Assembly (NCBI GenBank): GCA_021161255.1
Contig: JAGHAZ010000056.1
Location: 862 to 64,861 of the forward strand
From: Candidatus Bathyarchaeota archaeon
GTDB lineage: Archaea > Thermoproteota > CALKCG01 > B24
DNA: 64,000 nt
Direction: 5' to 3'
Notes under the pieces: model-generated
Databases searched by the model: none
The model's input: the letters and a program-made list of their open reading frames with translations, nothing else
Told to the model about the DNA's origin: nothing
Position numbers and translations under genes: made by a program
Part shown: piece after piece, positions 1-9,555 of the stretch
Layout: each line of letters begins with the position of its first letter
How positions within the stretch are numbered: position 1 is the first letter of the stretch

Positions 1-2
1 CC

Positions 3-410
3 GAAGACCTGGACGAGGAATGCCGTAGATACGAGGAGGCTATAAAGAGGGCTGGGGGTATAGACCTTCAGCTTCTAGGCATAGGAAGGAACGGCCACAT
101 AGGTTTCAACGAGCCCGGCTCCCCCTTCGACTCTAGGACAAGGGTGGTTAAGCTCAGCGAGCAGACGAGGAAGGACAACGCCAGGTTCTTCAACTCGATA
201 GACGAGGTGCCGACCCATGCGATAACGATGGGTATAGGCACGATAATGGAGGCTAGACGCATAATCCTCATAGCCAGCGGAGAGGCTAAAGCCGAAGCCA
301 TAGCCAAGGCGGTTAAAGGACCCAAGACCGTGGACGTGCCGGCTTCTGTTCTTCAAGACCATCCAGACTGCCTGTTCATAGTGGACAAGGAAGCCGCCTC
401 GCTTCTCTAG
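3..410 (+). CDS. nagB: glucosamine-6-phosphate deaminase/isomerase, 5'-truncated by the window edge
   Basis: The frame is open from position 3. Translation contains [15 protein letters not shown] and [26 protein letters not shown], which are typical NagB/SOL-family motifs. Stop at 408-410. Confidence 0.75.
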   Translation, partial: EDLDEECRRYEEAIKRAGGIDLQLLGIGRNGHIGFNEPGSPFDSRTRVVKLSEQTRKDNARFFNSIDEVPTHAITMGIGTIMEARRIILIASGEAKAEAIAKAVKGPKTVDVPASVLQDHPDCLFIVDKEAASLL

Positions 411-492
411 CCGGATTTTTAACCCTATCCATCTCCGTTCTATCTATTACCTACGAAAACAATTAAACCTACTCGAATACTGATCTTTCGAG

Positions 493-1572
493 GTGAAACT
501 TTTGCTAGCTGCGGTTCTTAAACAGCCTTTCAAGCTCGAGCTTGAAGAAGTCCCCAAACCTACGCCTAGAGAGGATGAGGTCCTGATAAAGGTGGGGGCA
601 TGCGGGATATGCGGAAGCGATGTTCGATATTTTCAAGGTAAAAACCCCTGGGCTCTACATACGCTGGGCGTGGAGAAGCCGAACCCGCCGGATATGATCC
701 TAGGCCATGAGGTCTCGGGAACCATAGTGGAGGCCGGTGACGCGAGGTTCGAAGATAGAATAGGTGAAAAGGTCGGCATTATAGCATACAAGGCCTGTGG
801 AAGGTGTAAGTTCTGTAGCGAAGGTAGGCATAACCTATGTGCAAACGTCCTGCATATAGGTCACGACGAGGCGTGGGGCTTCAAACCCTCCCCCGGCGGC
901 ATGGCCGAGTACTGTGCGGTGTGGGAGGATAAAGCCGTCAGGCTAGACTGGCCTGTAAGCTTCGAAGAGGCTTCTCAGCTAGACGGTTTAGCCGTATCTG
1001 TCCACGCGGCTTATAGGGCTCAGGTGAAGCCCGGCGATAGGGTCGCCGTGATAGGGTCAGGTCCGATAGGGCTTATGATCCTACAGACGGTCAAGGCTTT
1101 CGGGGCCTCGGAGGTCTTCGCCATAGACGTCTGGGATAAGCCCCTAGACATAGCTCAGAAGCTCGGAGCCGACCACACGGTAGACTCCTCGAAGGAAAAC
1201 CCCGTAAACTACATATTATCTAAGACCCGGGGTCGGGGGGTCGAAGCCGTCGTGAACACGGTGGGCTCGCCTGAAACGGTCGTGGACGGTTTGAAGATGC
1301 TGGCTAGAGGAGGGTGCCAGGTTCTACTCGCTGTGACGAGCGACACGGTTCAGCTGGACCTTAGGCTTCTAGCGGGTGAGAGGGTTCTAACGGTCTCGTC
1401 GAACAACCTCTACCGAGAATACTACACCGCTGTGAGCCTCTTGAAGACGGGTAGGGTTGAGATAAAACCGTTTATAACCCACGTCCTACCGCTCGAAGAA
1501 GTTAAAGAAGCCTTCCGCATAGCGTTGAACAAAGAGGAATACGGCGCCCTGAAAGTCGTGATCAAACCCTAA
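493..1572 (+). CDS. zinc-dependent alcohol/threonine/sorbitol dehydrogenase family protein (MDR superfamily)
   Basis: GACGICGSDVRYFQG and GHEVSGTIVEAG catalytic-zinc motifs, a CGRCKFC structural-zinc site, and a GSGPIGL Rossmann motif. GTG start. Confidence 0.85.
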   Translation: MKLLLAAVLKQPFKLELEEVPKPTPREDEVLIKVGACGICGSDVRYFQGKNPWALHTLGVEKPNPPDMILGHEVSGTIVEAGDARFEDRIGEKVGIIAYKACGRCKFCSEGRHNLCANVLHIGHDEAWGFKPSPGGMAEYCAVWEDKAVRLDWPVSFEEASQLDGLAVSVHAAYRAQVKPGDRVAVIGSGPIGLMILQTVKAFGASEVFAIDVWDKPLDIAQKLGADHTVDSSKENPVNYILSKTRGRGVEAVVNTVGSPETVVDGLKMLARGGCQVLLAVTSDTVQLDLRLLAGERVLTVSSNNLYREYYTAVSLLKTGRVEIKPFITHVLPLEEVKEAFRIALNKEEYGALKVVIKP

Positions 1573-1605
1573 GAAGAAGCCAAAGTTTATTAAATACTTG
1601 TATTT

Positions 1606-2406
1606 TTGTATTCTTGTATGAGTGAATTAGATGATTTTAGGAAAAGGGTGGACGACTTCAAGAGGCGTTTAAAGGAGGACTTCGAGCGTTCCCTTAAACG
1701 CTACGAGGACGCTTTGGACGAGCTTGAGAAGAGGGTTGAGACGCTTCCTGAAGATAAGCTTAGAGACGTTTATCCCACGGTCCGAGAGCTTAGGAGAGGG
1801 TTGATGTCTGAGCTTTATGGACTGCACCGTGAGTTTAGGCGTATGGTTTACGATTTGAGGAGAACGCTTAGGAGGCTTGCTCTCAGGCTACCGGAGGACT
1901 ATGGGGAAATGGTCGATGAGGTTAAGAGGGCTCTCGTAGAGGCTAGGGACGAGCTGGAGGACTACAGGGATTCATCCTTAGCCCTGGCTAAAAAGCTTAG
2001 AAACCTTGAGCTTCGCGTTAGAGAGAGGCTCGGTAGGTCGGCTGGTTTACCTGTTGAAGTGGAGCCGCTGGAAAAAGGCTTCGATAGACTCATCGTAGGC
2101 ATCGAGGAGGTGCTAGGGGAGATACTCTCCTCCGCCGGGAGGATCCTTTCTAAGACGTCTGAGGTTATATCGTCCGTTAGGATCCCCGAGTCCGACGCTA
2201 GGGTCATAAGGCTTCTGGTCGACGCGGGGATATTCAGGAGTAGGAACGACGCGTTAGCGTTCTTCGTGCATAAGGGCATAGAGGCTAGCCGGGATTGGCT
2301 TGAAAGGGTTCAGGATAGGCTTGAGAAGATCAGGGCGCTTCAGGAGGAGATGCGTAGGGAGCTTGAAAAGATATTCCATAGCGAGGAAGAATCCCCCAAG
2401 GGCTAG
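1606..2406 (+). CDS. hypothetical coiled-coil protein
   Basis: 266 aa, highly charged with heptad-like E/R/K/L-rich sequence. No recognisable catalytic motif. Confidence 0.4.
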   Translation: MYSCMSELDDFRKRVDDFKRRLKEDFERSLKRYEDALDELEKRVETLPEDKLRDVYPTVRELRRGLMSELYGLHREFRRMVYDLRRTLRRLALRLPEDYGEMVDEVKRALVEARDELEDYRDSSLALAKKLRNLELRVRERLGRSAGLPVEVEPLEKGFDRLIVGIEEVLGEILSSAGRILSKTSEVISSVRIPESDARVIRLLVDAGIFRSRNDALAFFVHKGIEASRDWLERVQDRLEKIRALQEEMRRELEKIFHSEEESPKG

Positions 2407-2471
2407 CATGCTTAAAGGTTTTTGGCGAAGCCTTTATTCCTTAGAAGAGGGTTTTAAATCGTGTTGGGAGA

Positions 2472-3563
2472 ATGGGCTGGTTTCTGATAAGACCCGATGC
2501 CTTAACCGTTTTGAGGAACGAGATGGTCGTAAAGGCGTTGAACAGGTATTTCAAGGTCGTCAAGAACAAGCTTCCGGCCAAGTTTATGATCGCTAGGAGG
2601 CTGGAGGCTGGTTTTCACGAAGACGACCCATTGGATAGGCTCTGGGCTCTACACGATAAACTGACCCAAGAATACTATCGGCTCGAATCTAAGATAGACG
2701 GCGGTGAGCTTTCGTTAGACGACTTAGGAGAACCCAAGAGAAGCTATCTAGACCTGAAGGTCGAGATCGCTAAGAGGCTTCTCAGATCGTGTTGCTTCTG
2801 CGAAAGGAGATGCGGCGTCAACAGGGCCGAGGGGGAGCTTGGATACTGTAGATGTGGAGAGACCTTCCTTCTATCCTCGGCTTTCCATCACGTAGGTGAA
2901 GAGCCTGAGCTCGTACCGAGCGGAACCATATTCTCGATAGGATGCAACCTCACCTGTCTACACTGCCAGAACTGGACGATATCCCAGCACATGGAGCCTG
3001 GTGAGCCCTTGACCCCTAGGGAGCTCGCGGCCGTCGTCACCAAGCTTAGACGGGATGGCTGTAGAAACTGTAACATGGTCGGAGGTTCTCCTACACCGTG
3101 GCTACACGCGTGGCTTGAAGCGTTCAAATACGTCGAGGTTAACGTGCCTACCGTCTGGAATAGTAACAGTTACTACAGCATCGAGGCCGCTAAGCTTCTC
3201 AGAGGGTTCATAGACGTTTATCTCCTAGACTTTAAATACGGAAGAGACGAATGCGCCGTTAGGATATCCAACGCCCCCAACTACGTCGAGGTTTGCCGGA
3301 GAAATCACTTGATGGCTCTAGAGAGCGGTGAGCTCATAATACGGATACTTCTCCTACCTGAGCATATCGAATGCTGCGGCAAGCCCATACTGAAGTGGAT
3401 CAGGGAGAACCTCGGAGACTGGGTTAGGGTTAACATAATGGACCAGTATAGGCCGCATTGGAGGGCCCACGAGGTTCCCGAACTACGTAGAAGGCTTAGG
3501 CACGAGGAGTACTTGGAAGCTGTGAGCTACGCGAAGTCGATAGGGCTTCTGAACCTAGCATAG
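2472..3563 (+). CDS. radical SAM protein, PflX-like (COG1313, pyruvate formate-lyase activase homolog)
   Basis: CNLTCLHCQNW is a CxxxCxxC radical-SAM cluster motif. An extra N-terminal Cys cluster (CCFCERRCG...C) is present, as in the PflX family. Confidence 0.7.
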   Translation: MGWFLIRPDALTVLRNEMVVKALNRYFKVVKNKLPAKFMIARRLEAGFHEDDPLDRLWALHDKLTQEYYRLESKIDGGELSLDDLGEPKRSYLDLKVEIAKRLLRSCCFCERRCGVNRAEGELGYCRCGETFLLSSAFHHVGEEPELVPSGTIFSIGCNLTCLHCQNWTISQHMEPGEPLTPRELAAVVTKLRRDGCRNCNMVGGSPTPWLHAWLEAFKYVEVNVPTVWNSNSYYSIEAAKLLRGFIDVYLLDFKYGRDECAVRISNAPNYVEVCRRNHLMALESGELIIRILLLPEHIECCGKPILKWIRENLGDWVRVNIMDQYRPHWRAHEVPELRRRLRHEEYLEAVSYAKSIGLLNLA

Positions 3564-3616
3564 CCTCATCTCAAGGAGTTTGACTCGTCTTCTAGAGCCT
3601 CCTTAGGTAGAGGATG

Positions 3617-4330
3617 TTATGGATGTTTCATCTTCTCCATGTATGTCCTCCTCTTAGCCTCGTAGTCCTTTCTCGTGTAGACGGGCTTAGCTGGTGAACC
3701 TCTGACGACGGTACCCGGTTTGACGTCTCTGGTCACTATCGACCCTGCCGCTACCATAGCCCTCTTACCTATCGTAACCCCCGCCATTATGATCGACCCT
3801 GCCCCTACAACGGCCTCCTCCTCTATACGGGCACCGACGAGTAGACCGCTGGGAGGATACTTGTCGTTCAGAACCGTCACCATCGGCCCAAGGAAAACCC
3901 TATCACCCACCACGGTTCTCGGAGGTAGATAGCAGCCGGTTTGGATCCTAACCTCCGACCCTATCGAGACATACCCGTCTACAACCGTGTGGGAGCCTAT
4001 GAGGGTCTTATCACCCACCTCTACGTTCTCCCTTATCATGACGAAGTGGCCGGTTTCGACCTCGTCGCCTAACCTCGAGTTCTCGTAGACCACCGTGTAA
4101 GGTCTTAGGATGCATCTTTCTCCTACAACGCATCCCCGGCTCTCTAAATCGTAGTTTTCTAGGCCTGAAGCCTCTTCTACGAGCTTTTTCAAAACCGCTC
4201 TAGCCGGGTAGCCTAGCACCACCCCATAGCCTAGAACCGTGCCTCTCCCCACGACGGTAGGCCCCAGTATGGTAACCAATCCCTCGGCTAAGACTCTACC
4301 TAACTTAGCTCTTCTAGATATAAAGCCCAT
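3617..4330 (-). CDS. hexapeptide-repeat (left-handed beta-helix) acyl/acetyltransferase
   Basis: Repeated [LIV]GxxxxI/V hexapeptide pattern throughout (GPTVVGRGTVLGYGVVLG...). Confidence 0.7.
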   Translation of the reverse strand: MGFISRRAKLGRVLAEGLVTILGPTVVGRGTVLGYGVVLGYPARAVLKKLVEEASGLENYDLESRGCVVGERCILRPYTVVYENSRLGDEVETGHFVMIRENVEVGDKTLIGSHTVVDGYVSIGSEVRIQTGCYLPPRTVVGDRVFLGPMVTVLNDKYPPSGLLVGARIEEEAVVGAGSIIMAGVTIGKRAMVAAGSIVTRDVKPGTVVRGSPAKPVYTRKDYEAKRRTYMEKMKHP

Positions 4331-4363
4331 AACGATACTACTTCGACGGATAGCCCTTTATCT

Positions 4364-5356
4364 TTAACCTTCCGCACCCTTGAAGTATGGGATCACCTTC
4401 TCACCGAGTAGCCTTATAACCTCTAAGCCCTCCCTAAGGTCCATCCCTGGATAATGTATCCTGAAGATCATATCTGTCACCCCGAGACGTTTCGCCACCT
4501 CCTCGATCTGAGATATACATTCATCAGGGTCTCCGACTATGAAACGGTCCCTAGCCACGTCTTCGAAGCTCTTCAGGTCTTTAACCAGCGAATGGCTCCA
4601 TGAGACATAGTCTCTGAAGTACATCGCCCCTATGTATTTCTCAGCCTTCTCACGTGCCTCGACGGGGTCTTCGGCCACGTAAACCTCCCTGACGAGCGGG
4701 ATCCTCTCAGGCTTTTTACCGAGCTCCTTCATGTAATCCATGTAGATACGGTAGCTGTTAGCGACGTCGCTTAAAGACCCCACAGGTCCTATAAACCACG
4801 CATCCCCAAGCTCAGCCGCCCTCCTCAAGGCTCTTCTACTCCATCCACCGACCCATATGGGTGGACGCGGCTTCCTGAGCGGCTTCGGATATAGCGAGAA
4901 GCCTTTAACCTCGAAGAACCTGCCCTTGAAGTCAACGGTAGGCTCTGTCCAAAGCTTCTTTATGAGGACCAGCGACTCGGTCATCCGGTCACCTCTGCCC
5001 TTCATAGGGACTTGGAAGACATCATACTCCTCTCTTCTATAGCCTAGGCCAACCCCTAGGATAAGTCTTCCACCGGATATCACGTCGACCACGGCAGCGT
5101 CTTCGGCTACGTGAACAGGGTGGTACAGCGGAAGTATGAGGATGCACGTCCCCAGCTCTATACGCTCAGTCACTGGTGCGAGTCCAGCTAAAGCCACGAG
5201 TGGAGATGGATAATACATATCTTCCCGCCCATGGTGTTCGAGTATCCAAGCCGAGTCGAAGCCGAGTTTCTCGGCAAGCTGGACCTCCTCGACCGTCCAG
5301 TTCCAATACCAGTCCCACTGAATAGGCGCCATGCCGAACCTTATAGAACGGCTCAT
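4364..5356 (-). CDS. LLM-class (luciferase-like) flavin-dependent oxidoreductase
   Basis: FGMAPIQW...LGFDSAWILEHH is an N-terminal signature of the luciferase-like monooxygenase family. Length of 330 aa is typical. Confidence 0.75.
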   Translation of the reverse strand: MSRSIRFGMAPIQWDWYWNWTVEEVQLAEKLGFDSAWILEHHGREDMYYPSPLVALAGLAPVTERIELGTCILILPLYHPVHVAEDAAVVDVISGGRLILGVGLGYRREEYDVFQVPMKGRGDRMTESLVLIKKLWTEPTVDFKGRFFEVKGFSLYPKPLRKPRPPIWVGGWSRRALRRAAELGDAWFIGPVGSLSDVANSYRIYMDYMKELGKKPERIPLVREVYVAEDPVEAREKAEKYIGAMYFRDYVSWSHSLVKDLKSFEDVARDRFIVGDPDECISQIEEVAKRLGVTDMIFRIHYPGMDLREGLEVIRLLGEKVIPYFKGAEG

Positions 5357-5393
5357 GTTATTTCATAATCTTACCGGGAAGTCTTTTTAAGCT

Positions 5394-6143
5394 TTGGGAG
5401 CTAAGGGTTTATCTATGGAAGAACCCGCAACCCAGTTAGGCTATGGCTCCACGTATAAGGAGGTAGAAGAGAGCGGCGTTAAGGGAGCCCTGCTTCCCAT
5501 AGGCTCGTTGGAGCAACATGGACCCCACCTTCCGCTGTGCACGGACACGGTCATAGCCTTCGAGCTGGCTAAAGCCGTCGCCTCGAGGCTTAACCTATTT
5601 CTCCTGCCTCCGATACCGATAAGCTGCTCGGCTGAGCATAGGGGGGTTAAGGGCACCGTATATCTCAGACCTGAAACCCTCACTTTAGTACTGAGAGACA
5701 TAGTCGAATCCCTCTCCCGAAGCGGCTTCAAGTACCTTGTGGTGCTAAGCGGCCATGGTGGAAACTGGGTATTGAAACCGGCCGTGAGGTATCTGAACCT
5801 TGATTACCCAGAGTTCAAAGTAATACTGGTCGGCGAGTCTGTCTATGGAAACCATTTGAGGGAGATATTCGAAGAGGTCGACGACCTACACGCAGGTGAG
5901 CATGAGACGTCTTTGATGCTCTACCTCAAGCCTAACATGGTTCGAGACAAGCCGGAGGGATGTCGACCGGAAGCGGGTAGGGAGATGCTGGACTACCTAC
6001 CTATATGGGAGATAACCCCTACAGGCATCTGGGGCAACCCGTCTAGGGCTAGCGTAGAAAAAGGTAGGTTGGCGTTCGAAAAAACAGTCGAGGCGATAGT
6101 CAAGTACCTCAAGACGCTACTGGCTAGGTTAAACCTTCTATAG
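5394..6143 (+). CDS. creatininase-family amidohydrolase
   Basis: LPIGSLEQHGPHLPLCTD and LSGHGGN are creatininase-family metal-binding motifs. The start may instead be the ATG at 5415. Confidence 0.75.
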   Translation: MGAKGLSMEEPATQLGYGSTYKEVEESGVKGALLPIGSLEQHGPHLPLCTDTVIAFELAKAVASRLNLFLLPPIPISCSAEHRGVKGTVYLRPETLTLVLRDIVESLSRSGFKYLVVLSGHGGNWVLKPAVRYLNLDYPEFKVILVGESVYGNHLREIFEEVDDLHAGEHETSLMLYLKPNMVRDKPEGCRPEAGREMLDYLPIWEITPTGIWGNPSRASVEKGRLAFEKTVEAIVKYLKTLLARLNLL

Positions 6144-7067
6144 CAGACCCGCTTTCTCGAGGGCCTTCCTGACTAGCTTACGCTCAGCCTCCGAGATAGG
6201 CGTCAAGGGAGGTCTAACATAGGCTTTTCTAAGCACTCCTAGCATCACCAACGCCTCTTTAAGCCTAGCCCTGTAGTTTCTAACGGGCGGAGCGAATATG
6301 GCGTCTGCTAGAGGCTGCACCACTTCGGCTATCTTGAACGCCTCCTCGTAGTCTCCGCGTTTAGCCTTCTCGATCATCTCGACCTGGAGGTCCGTAGCTA
6401 TAGTCCCGAAGCCCAGCAGAGCCCCGTCGGCACCTAGGATAAACGATTCGAGTATAAAGTTGTCGTTTCCAGTAAGGACGTAAACCTTCCTCTTGATGGA
6501 CCTGACGATTTTAACGGTCTCCAGGAACTTTCTGGCATCGAAGCTAGCCTCCTTGATCGCGGCTACCCCTTCGATTTCGAAGAGCCTCCTTAACGCAGAC
6601 GCAGAGTACTCCACACCACCTAACGCCCTCTGAAGCTGGAAGACTATCAAAGGTATCTCGACGGCGTCTGAAACAGCCTTATGGTATCCGTAGGGTATCT
6701 CAGGGTCTAGAGGCTCCCCTGCGTAAGCCGGTATCGGGAACATCAGCAACGCGTCAGCCCCCGCCTCTTCGAGCCTCTTAGCCATCCTAACCGCGGCGTC
6801 TGTGAACCTGGTCGAGAGACCTGCGACTATGGGTATACGGCCCTTAAGCTCCTCCCTGTAGACCTCGATAACCCTAACCTGTTCCTCAGGATAGAGATGC
6901 GGCCCCTCACCCGTGTCGACGTTGACCGCTACGCCGCTTATCCCGAAGCCCGATATCCAGTCTATATATCTTCTAAGCTCGTCTTCGTCGACTTTGTAGT
7001 TCTCATCCATGGGGAGAACCGTGGCTGGTATAAGCCCTTCAAACATCTCAGGTCTCAAAACTATCAC
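6138..7067 (-). CDS. DapA/NAL-family aldolase (dihydrodipicolinate synthase family, possibly KD(P)G aldolase)
   Basis: About 300 aa TIM-barrel aldolase pattern with GLIPATVLPMDE...GVAVNVDTGEGPHL. The catalytic Lys region resembles DapA/KdgA. Confidence 0.65.
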   Translation of the reverse strand: MIVLRPEMFEGLIPATVLPMDENYKVDEDELRRYIDWISGFGISGVAVNVDTGEGPHLYPEEQVRVIEVYREELKGRIPIVAGLSTRFTDAAVRMAKRLEEAGADALLMFPIPAYAGEPLDPEIPYGYHKAVSDAVEIPLIVFQLQRALGGVEYSASALRRLFEIEGVAAIKEASFDARKFLETVKIVRSIKRKVYVLTGNDNFILESFILGADGALLGFGTIATDLQVEMIEKAKRGDYEEAFKIAEVVQPLADAIFAPPVRNYRARLKEALVMLGVLRKAYVRPPLTPISEAERKLVRKALEKAGLL

Positions 7068-7098
7068 CGTCAGACAGGATCTAAACGGCTAGAGTTTC

Positions 7099-7383
7099 TT
7101 AGTCTTTATCTAGCCCCCTTGTCTTTTTAAGCTCTTCTACAAACCTCTTCAAAGCCTCTACGTTCTCCTCCCTGACGCTCCGCCTCCTGGTATCCACGTA
7201 CAAGCCGAGCATCCGAGCTCTACCGACGCTTAAACCAGCCTTCTTCAACTCACCTATACTGAATCCTCTACCGACCCTGAAACCGTAGCCAAACCTGGGG
7301 ATCTTAACTATAGGCTCAGGCACATTCCTCCTGACACCCTTCATAGAGGAGCTCCTCCTCTTGCCCCTTCTAGGGTTAGACAT
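7099..7383 (-). CDS. rpl13e: 50S ribosomal protein L13e
   Basis: [29 protein letters not shown]...YVDTRRRS matches the archaeal L13e core. The true start is probably the internal ATG (MKGVRRN...). Confidence 0.65.
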   Translation of the reverse strand: MSNPRRGKRRSSSMKGVRRNVPEPIVKIPRFGYGFRVGRGFSIGELKKAGLSVGRARMLGLYVDTRRRSVREENVEALKRFVEELKKTRGLDKD

Positions 7384-7479
7384 TTAAGACATCGTTTAAA
7401 AACGTTCGTTTTACCCGATGGCCGTGCGTCGATTAGAGTTATATGCCTCGACGTGTTTTATGAGTGAACGGCGGTCTCT

Positions 7480-8340
7480 ATGTTTCTGTCCATAAGAGAT
7501 GTCATACTACGTTATGCTGGATACGGGTCTTTATCGGAGGGCTTAAAAAGCCTCGGAATCGACAGCTTCGAGCTCTACGTGGGTAGAGACCTGAAGACTA
7601 GGCCTATAGACGGTGAACGGTTTAACCTTGCATCTAGGGACGAAGCTGCTAGGCTTAAACGCTCTTTAGAAGTCCGGGGGTTTAGAGTATGCGCCCTACT
7701 GCTCGCGAACGATTTCTCAAGCCCAGACTTGAAGCAGGAAATAGTATACGTCAAGACGGGGCTGGAGGCGGCTTATCGTCTAGAGGTACGCGTAGTTAGG
7801 ATAAACGCGTTGATGAGGGAGATACAGGGTTACGGGTTGGAGGAGTATGTCGATAGGACGGTCGAAGCCCTAGAGCCGTGCATACGGTTATGTAAAGAAA
7901 CCGGTGTCTCTCTGGCCGTGGAGAATCACGGGGTCGTAGCGAACAGAGTCGAGTTTCTGAAGGCTCTTTTCGACAGGTTTCCGGACGGCCACCTGGGGTT
8001 GACGCTCGACACCGGCAACTTCTACTGGTTCGGCTACCCGTTGAGTCGGCTTTATGAGATATACGAGACATTGGCGCCATACGTTAAACACACTCACATG
8101 AAGAACGCCGCGGCTAAACCGGGTAAAAAGGACGTGGTGAGAAAGCCTAGGGAGGTCGAGATGACACCGCTCTACGAGGGAGACATAGCTCTAGACAGGG
8201 TTATCGAGATCTTGGGGAAAACAGGGTACGACTACGACCTGACCATAGAAGACGAGTCCCTAGACCGGTTCAAGCCTGAAGAAAGGATGACGATTCTCAG
8301 GAAAGACGTCGAATACCTCAAATGTCTCCTGTCCTCCTAG
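7480..8340 (+). CDS. sugar phosphate isomerase/epimerase (xylose-isomerase-like TIM barrel)
   Basis: LAVENHG...LTLDTGNFYW metal-binding motifs of the AP-endonuclease 2 / xylose-isomerase-like fold. Confidence 0.7.
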   Translation: MFLSIRDVILRYAGYGSLSEGLKSLGIDSFELYVGRDLKTRPIDGERFNLASRDEAARLKRSLEVRGFRVCALLLANDFSSPDLKQEIVYVKTGLEAAYRLEVRVVRINALMREIQGYGLEEYVDRTVEALEPCIRLCKETGVSLAVENHGVVANRVEFLKALFDRFPDGHLGLTLDTGNFYWFGYPLSRLYEIYETLAPYVKHTHMKNAAAKPGKKDVVRKPREVEMTPLYEGDIALDRVIEILGKTGYDYDLTIEDESLDRFKPEERMTILRKDVEYLKCLLSS

Positions 8341-8382
8341 AAAAACGCCGAGAGCCTGGGGGAAGAACAAGGTTCTCTGGCT

Positions 8383-9519
8383 TTATATATAGTTCAATCC
8401 ATAGGTCGGTGTCGGCATCGGGAACACCGTTTTGAAGGGTTTGGGAACGCTGTCGGGGTCGAAGTCCGGTGTATCAGGGTTTTCCACCGTCTCAGGTCTT
8501 CCGAATACGAGTAGCGTGAACTCTCTCGGGTCGCTGAGTTCTAAACGGCTGTCTGAAAGCTGGATTCTAATACCGCCCGGTTTAGATTCCACTACGAATT
8601 CTACGTCTCCTATTCTTTCTTCGACGTATAGACGTATCTTCTCGGCGAACTTCGTGGGGTTTAGTATAGCTAGGCTCGCAGGGGCGCTGGAGGTCTGGGG
8701 TTTTAGACCCACGTCCTCTAGGAGACTAAGCATCTCCCAATCTCCGTATGGGATGTTAAGTTCAAACGTCTTTATACCGGGCGTCTTAGATAGGTCGCTT
8801 ATTATACGGAGAACGGCTCTTCTAGAGCCTGCGTACTCGACTAGGCTCCACGCTCCGTCAAACTCTAGGGCCGATATGTAGGCCATAGGTCTTCTCCTTT
8901 TATACGCTATGAGATGTCTCGCCTTCGCCACTCCTTCGCGTATTCTTCTACCTGCTAGGAGCTTAAACTCGTCTAGACTTCTCTTAAACCGAACAGGTTC
9001 CCTCTGGTATAGGGTCACAAGGTCCATGACCCTATCCTCCGTGTAAGGCTTAACTTCTACGTCTTCGAATATGGTTATTGCACTCGGCCGGGTCCTAAAC
9101 CTGTATACCTTCCCCGCCTCTACGCATCCTGCTCTGCTGTAAAGCGTTCTCTTACCTGAGATCATCACGAAGTCTACTCCGTCCTCACGCATCTTCTTGA
9201 AGGCGTCTCTAACCAAAGCAGAGGCGTATCCCCTATTCCTATACTCTGGGTGAGTGCATACGGCGCCTACGAGGCCGGCTTTAACCCAGCAACCGTATAG
9301 GTTAAGCCATCCTTCCCAGAAACCCACGTGAGACACGACCTTACCGTCTGAAACGATGACCCTGAGATTCTCGATGTTGGACTCGTTGAGAAAATGCGGA
9401 AAAGCCTCGTCCATGCGTGCTCCTCTCTTCTCGAACCCGAATATCCAGCTCGTAAGCTTAACGATCTGCGGGAGCTCCTCGACTTTAGCGGCCCTAGGTC
9501 CCTCGATCACATACAGCAC
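8383..9519 (-). CDS. GNAT-family N-acetyltransferase (Eis-like, with a C-terminal extension)
   Basis: CTHPEYRNRGYASALVRDAFKKMREDGVDFVMISG is a GNAT acetyl-CoA-binding motif. 378 aa with additional C-terminal domains. Confidence 0.65.
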   Translation of the reverse strand: MLYVIEGPRAAKVEELPQIVKLTSWIFGFEKRGARMDEAFPHFLNESNIENLRVIVSDGKVVSHVGFWEGWLNLYGCWVKAGLVGAVCTHPEYRNRGYASALVRDAFKKMREDGVDFVMISGKRTLYSRAGCVEAGKVYRFRTRPSAITIFEDVEVKPYTEDRVMDLVTLYQREPVRFKRSLDEFKLLAGRRIREGVAKARHLIAYKRRRPMAYISALEFDGAWSLVEYAGSRRAVLRIISDLSKTPGIKTFELNIPYGDWEMLSLLEDVGLKPQTSSAPASLAILNPTKFAEKIRLYVEERIGDVEFVVESKPGGIRIQLSDSRLELSDPREFTLLVFGRPETVENPDTPDFDPDSVPKPFKTVFPMPTPTYGLNYI

Positions 9520-9555
9520 CTCCCTCTAAACGGTTCTAAGGGCATACGTTGTTGA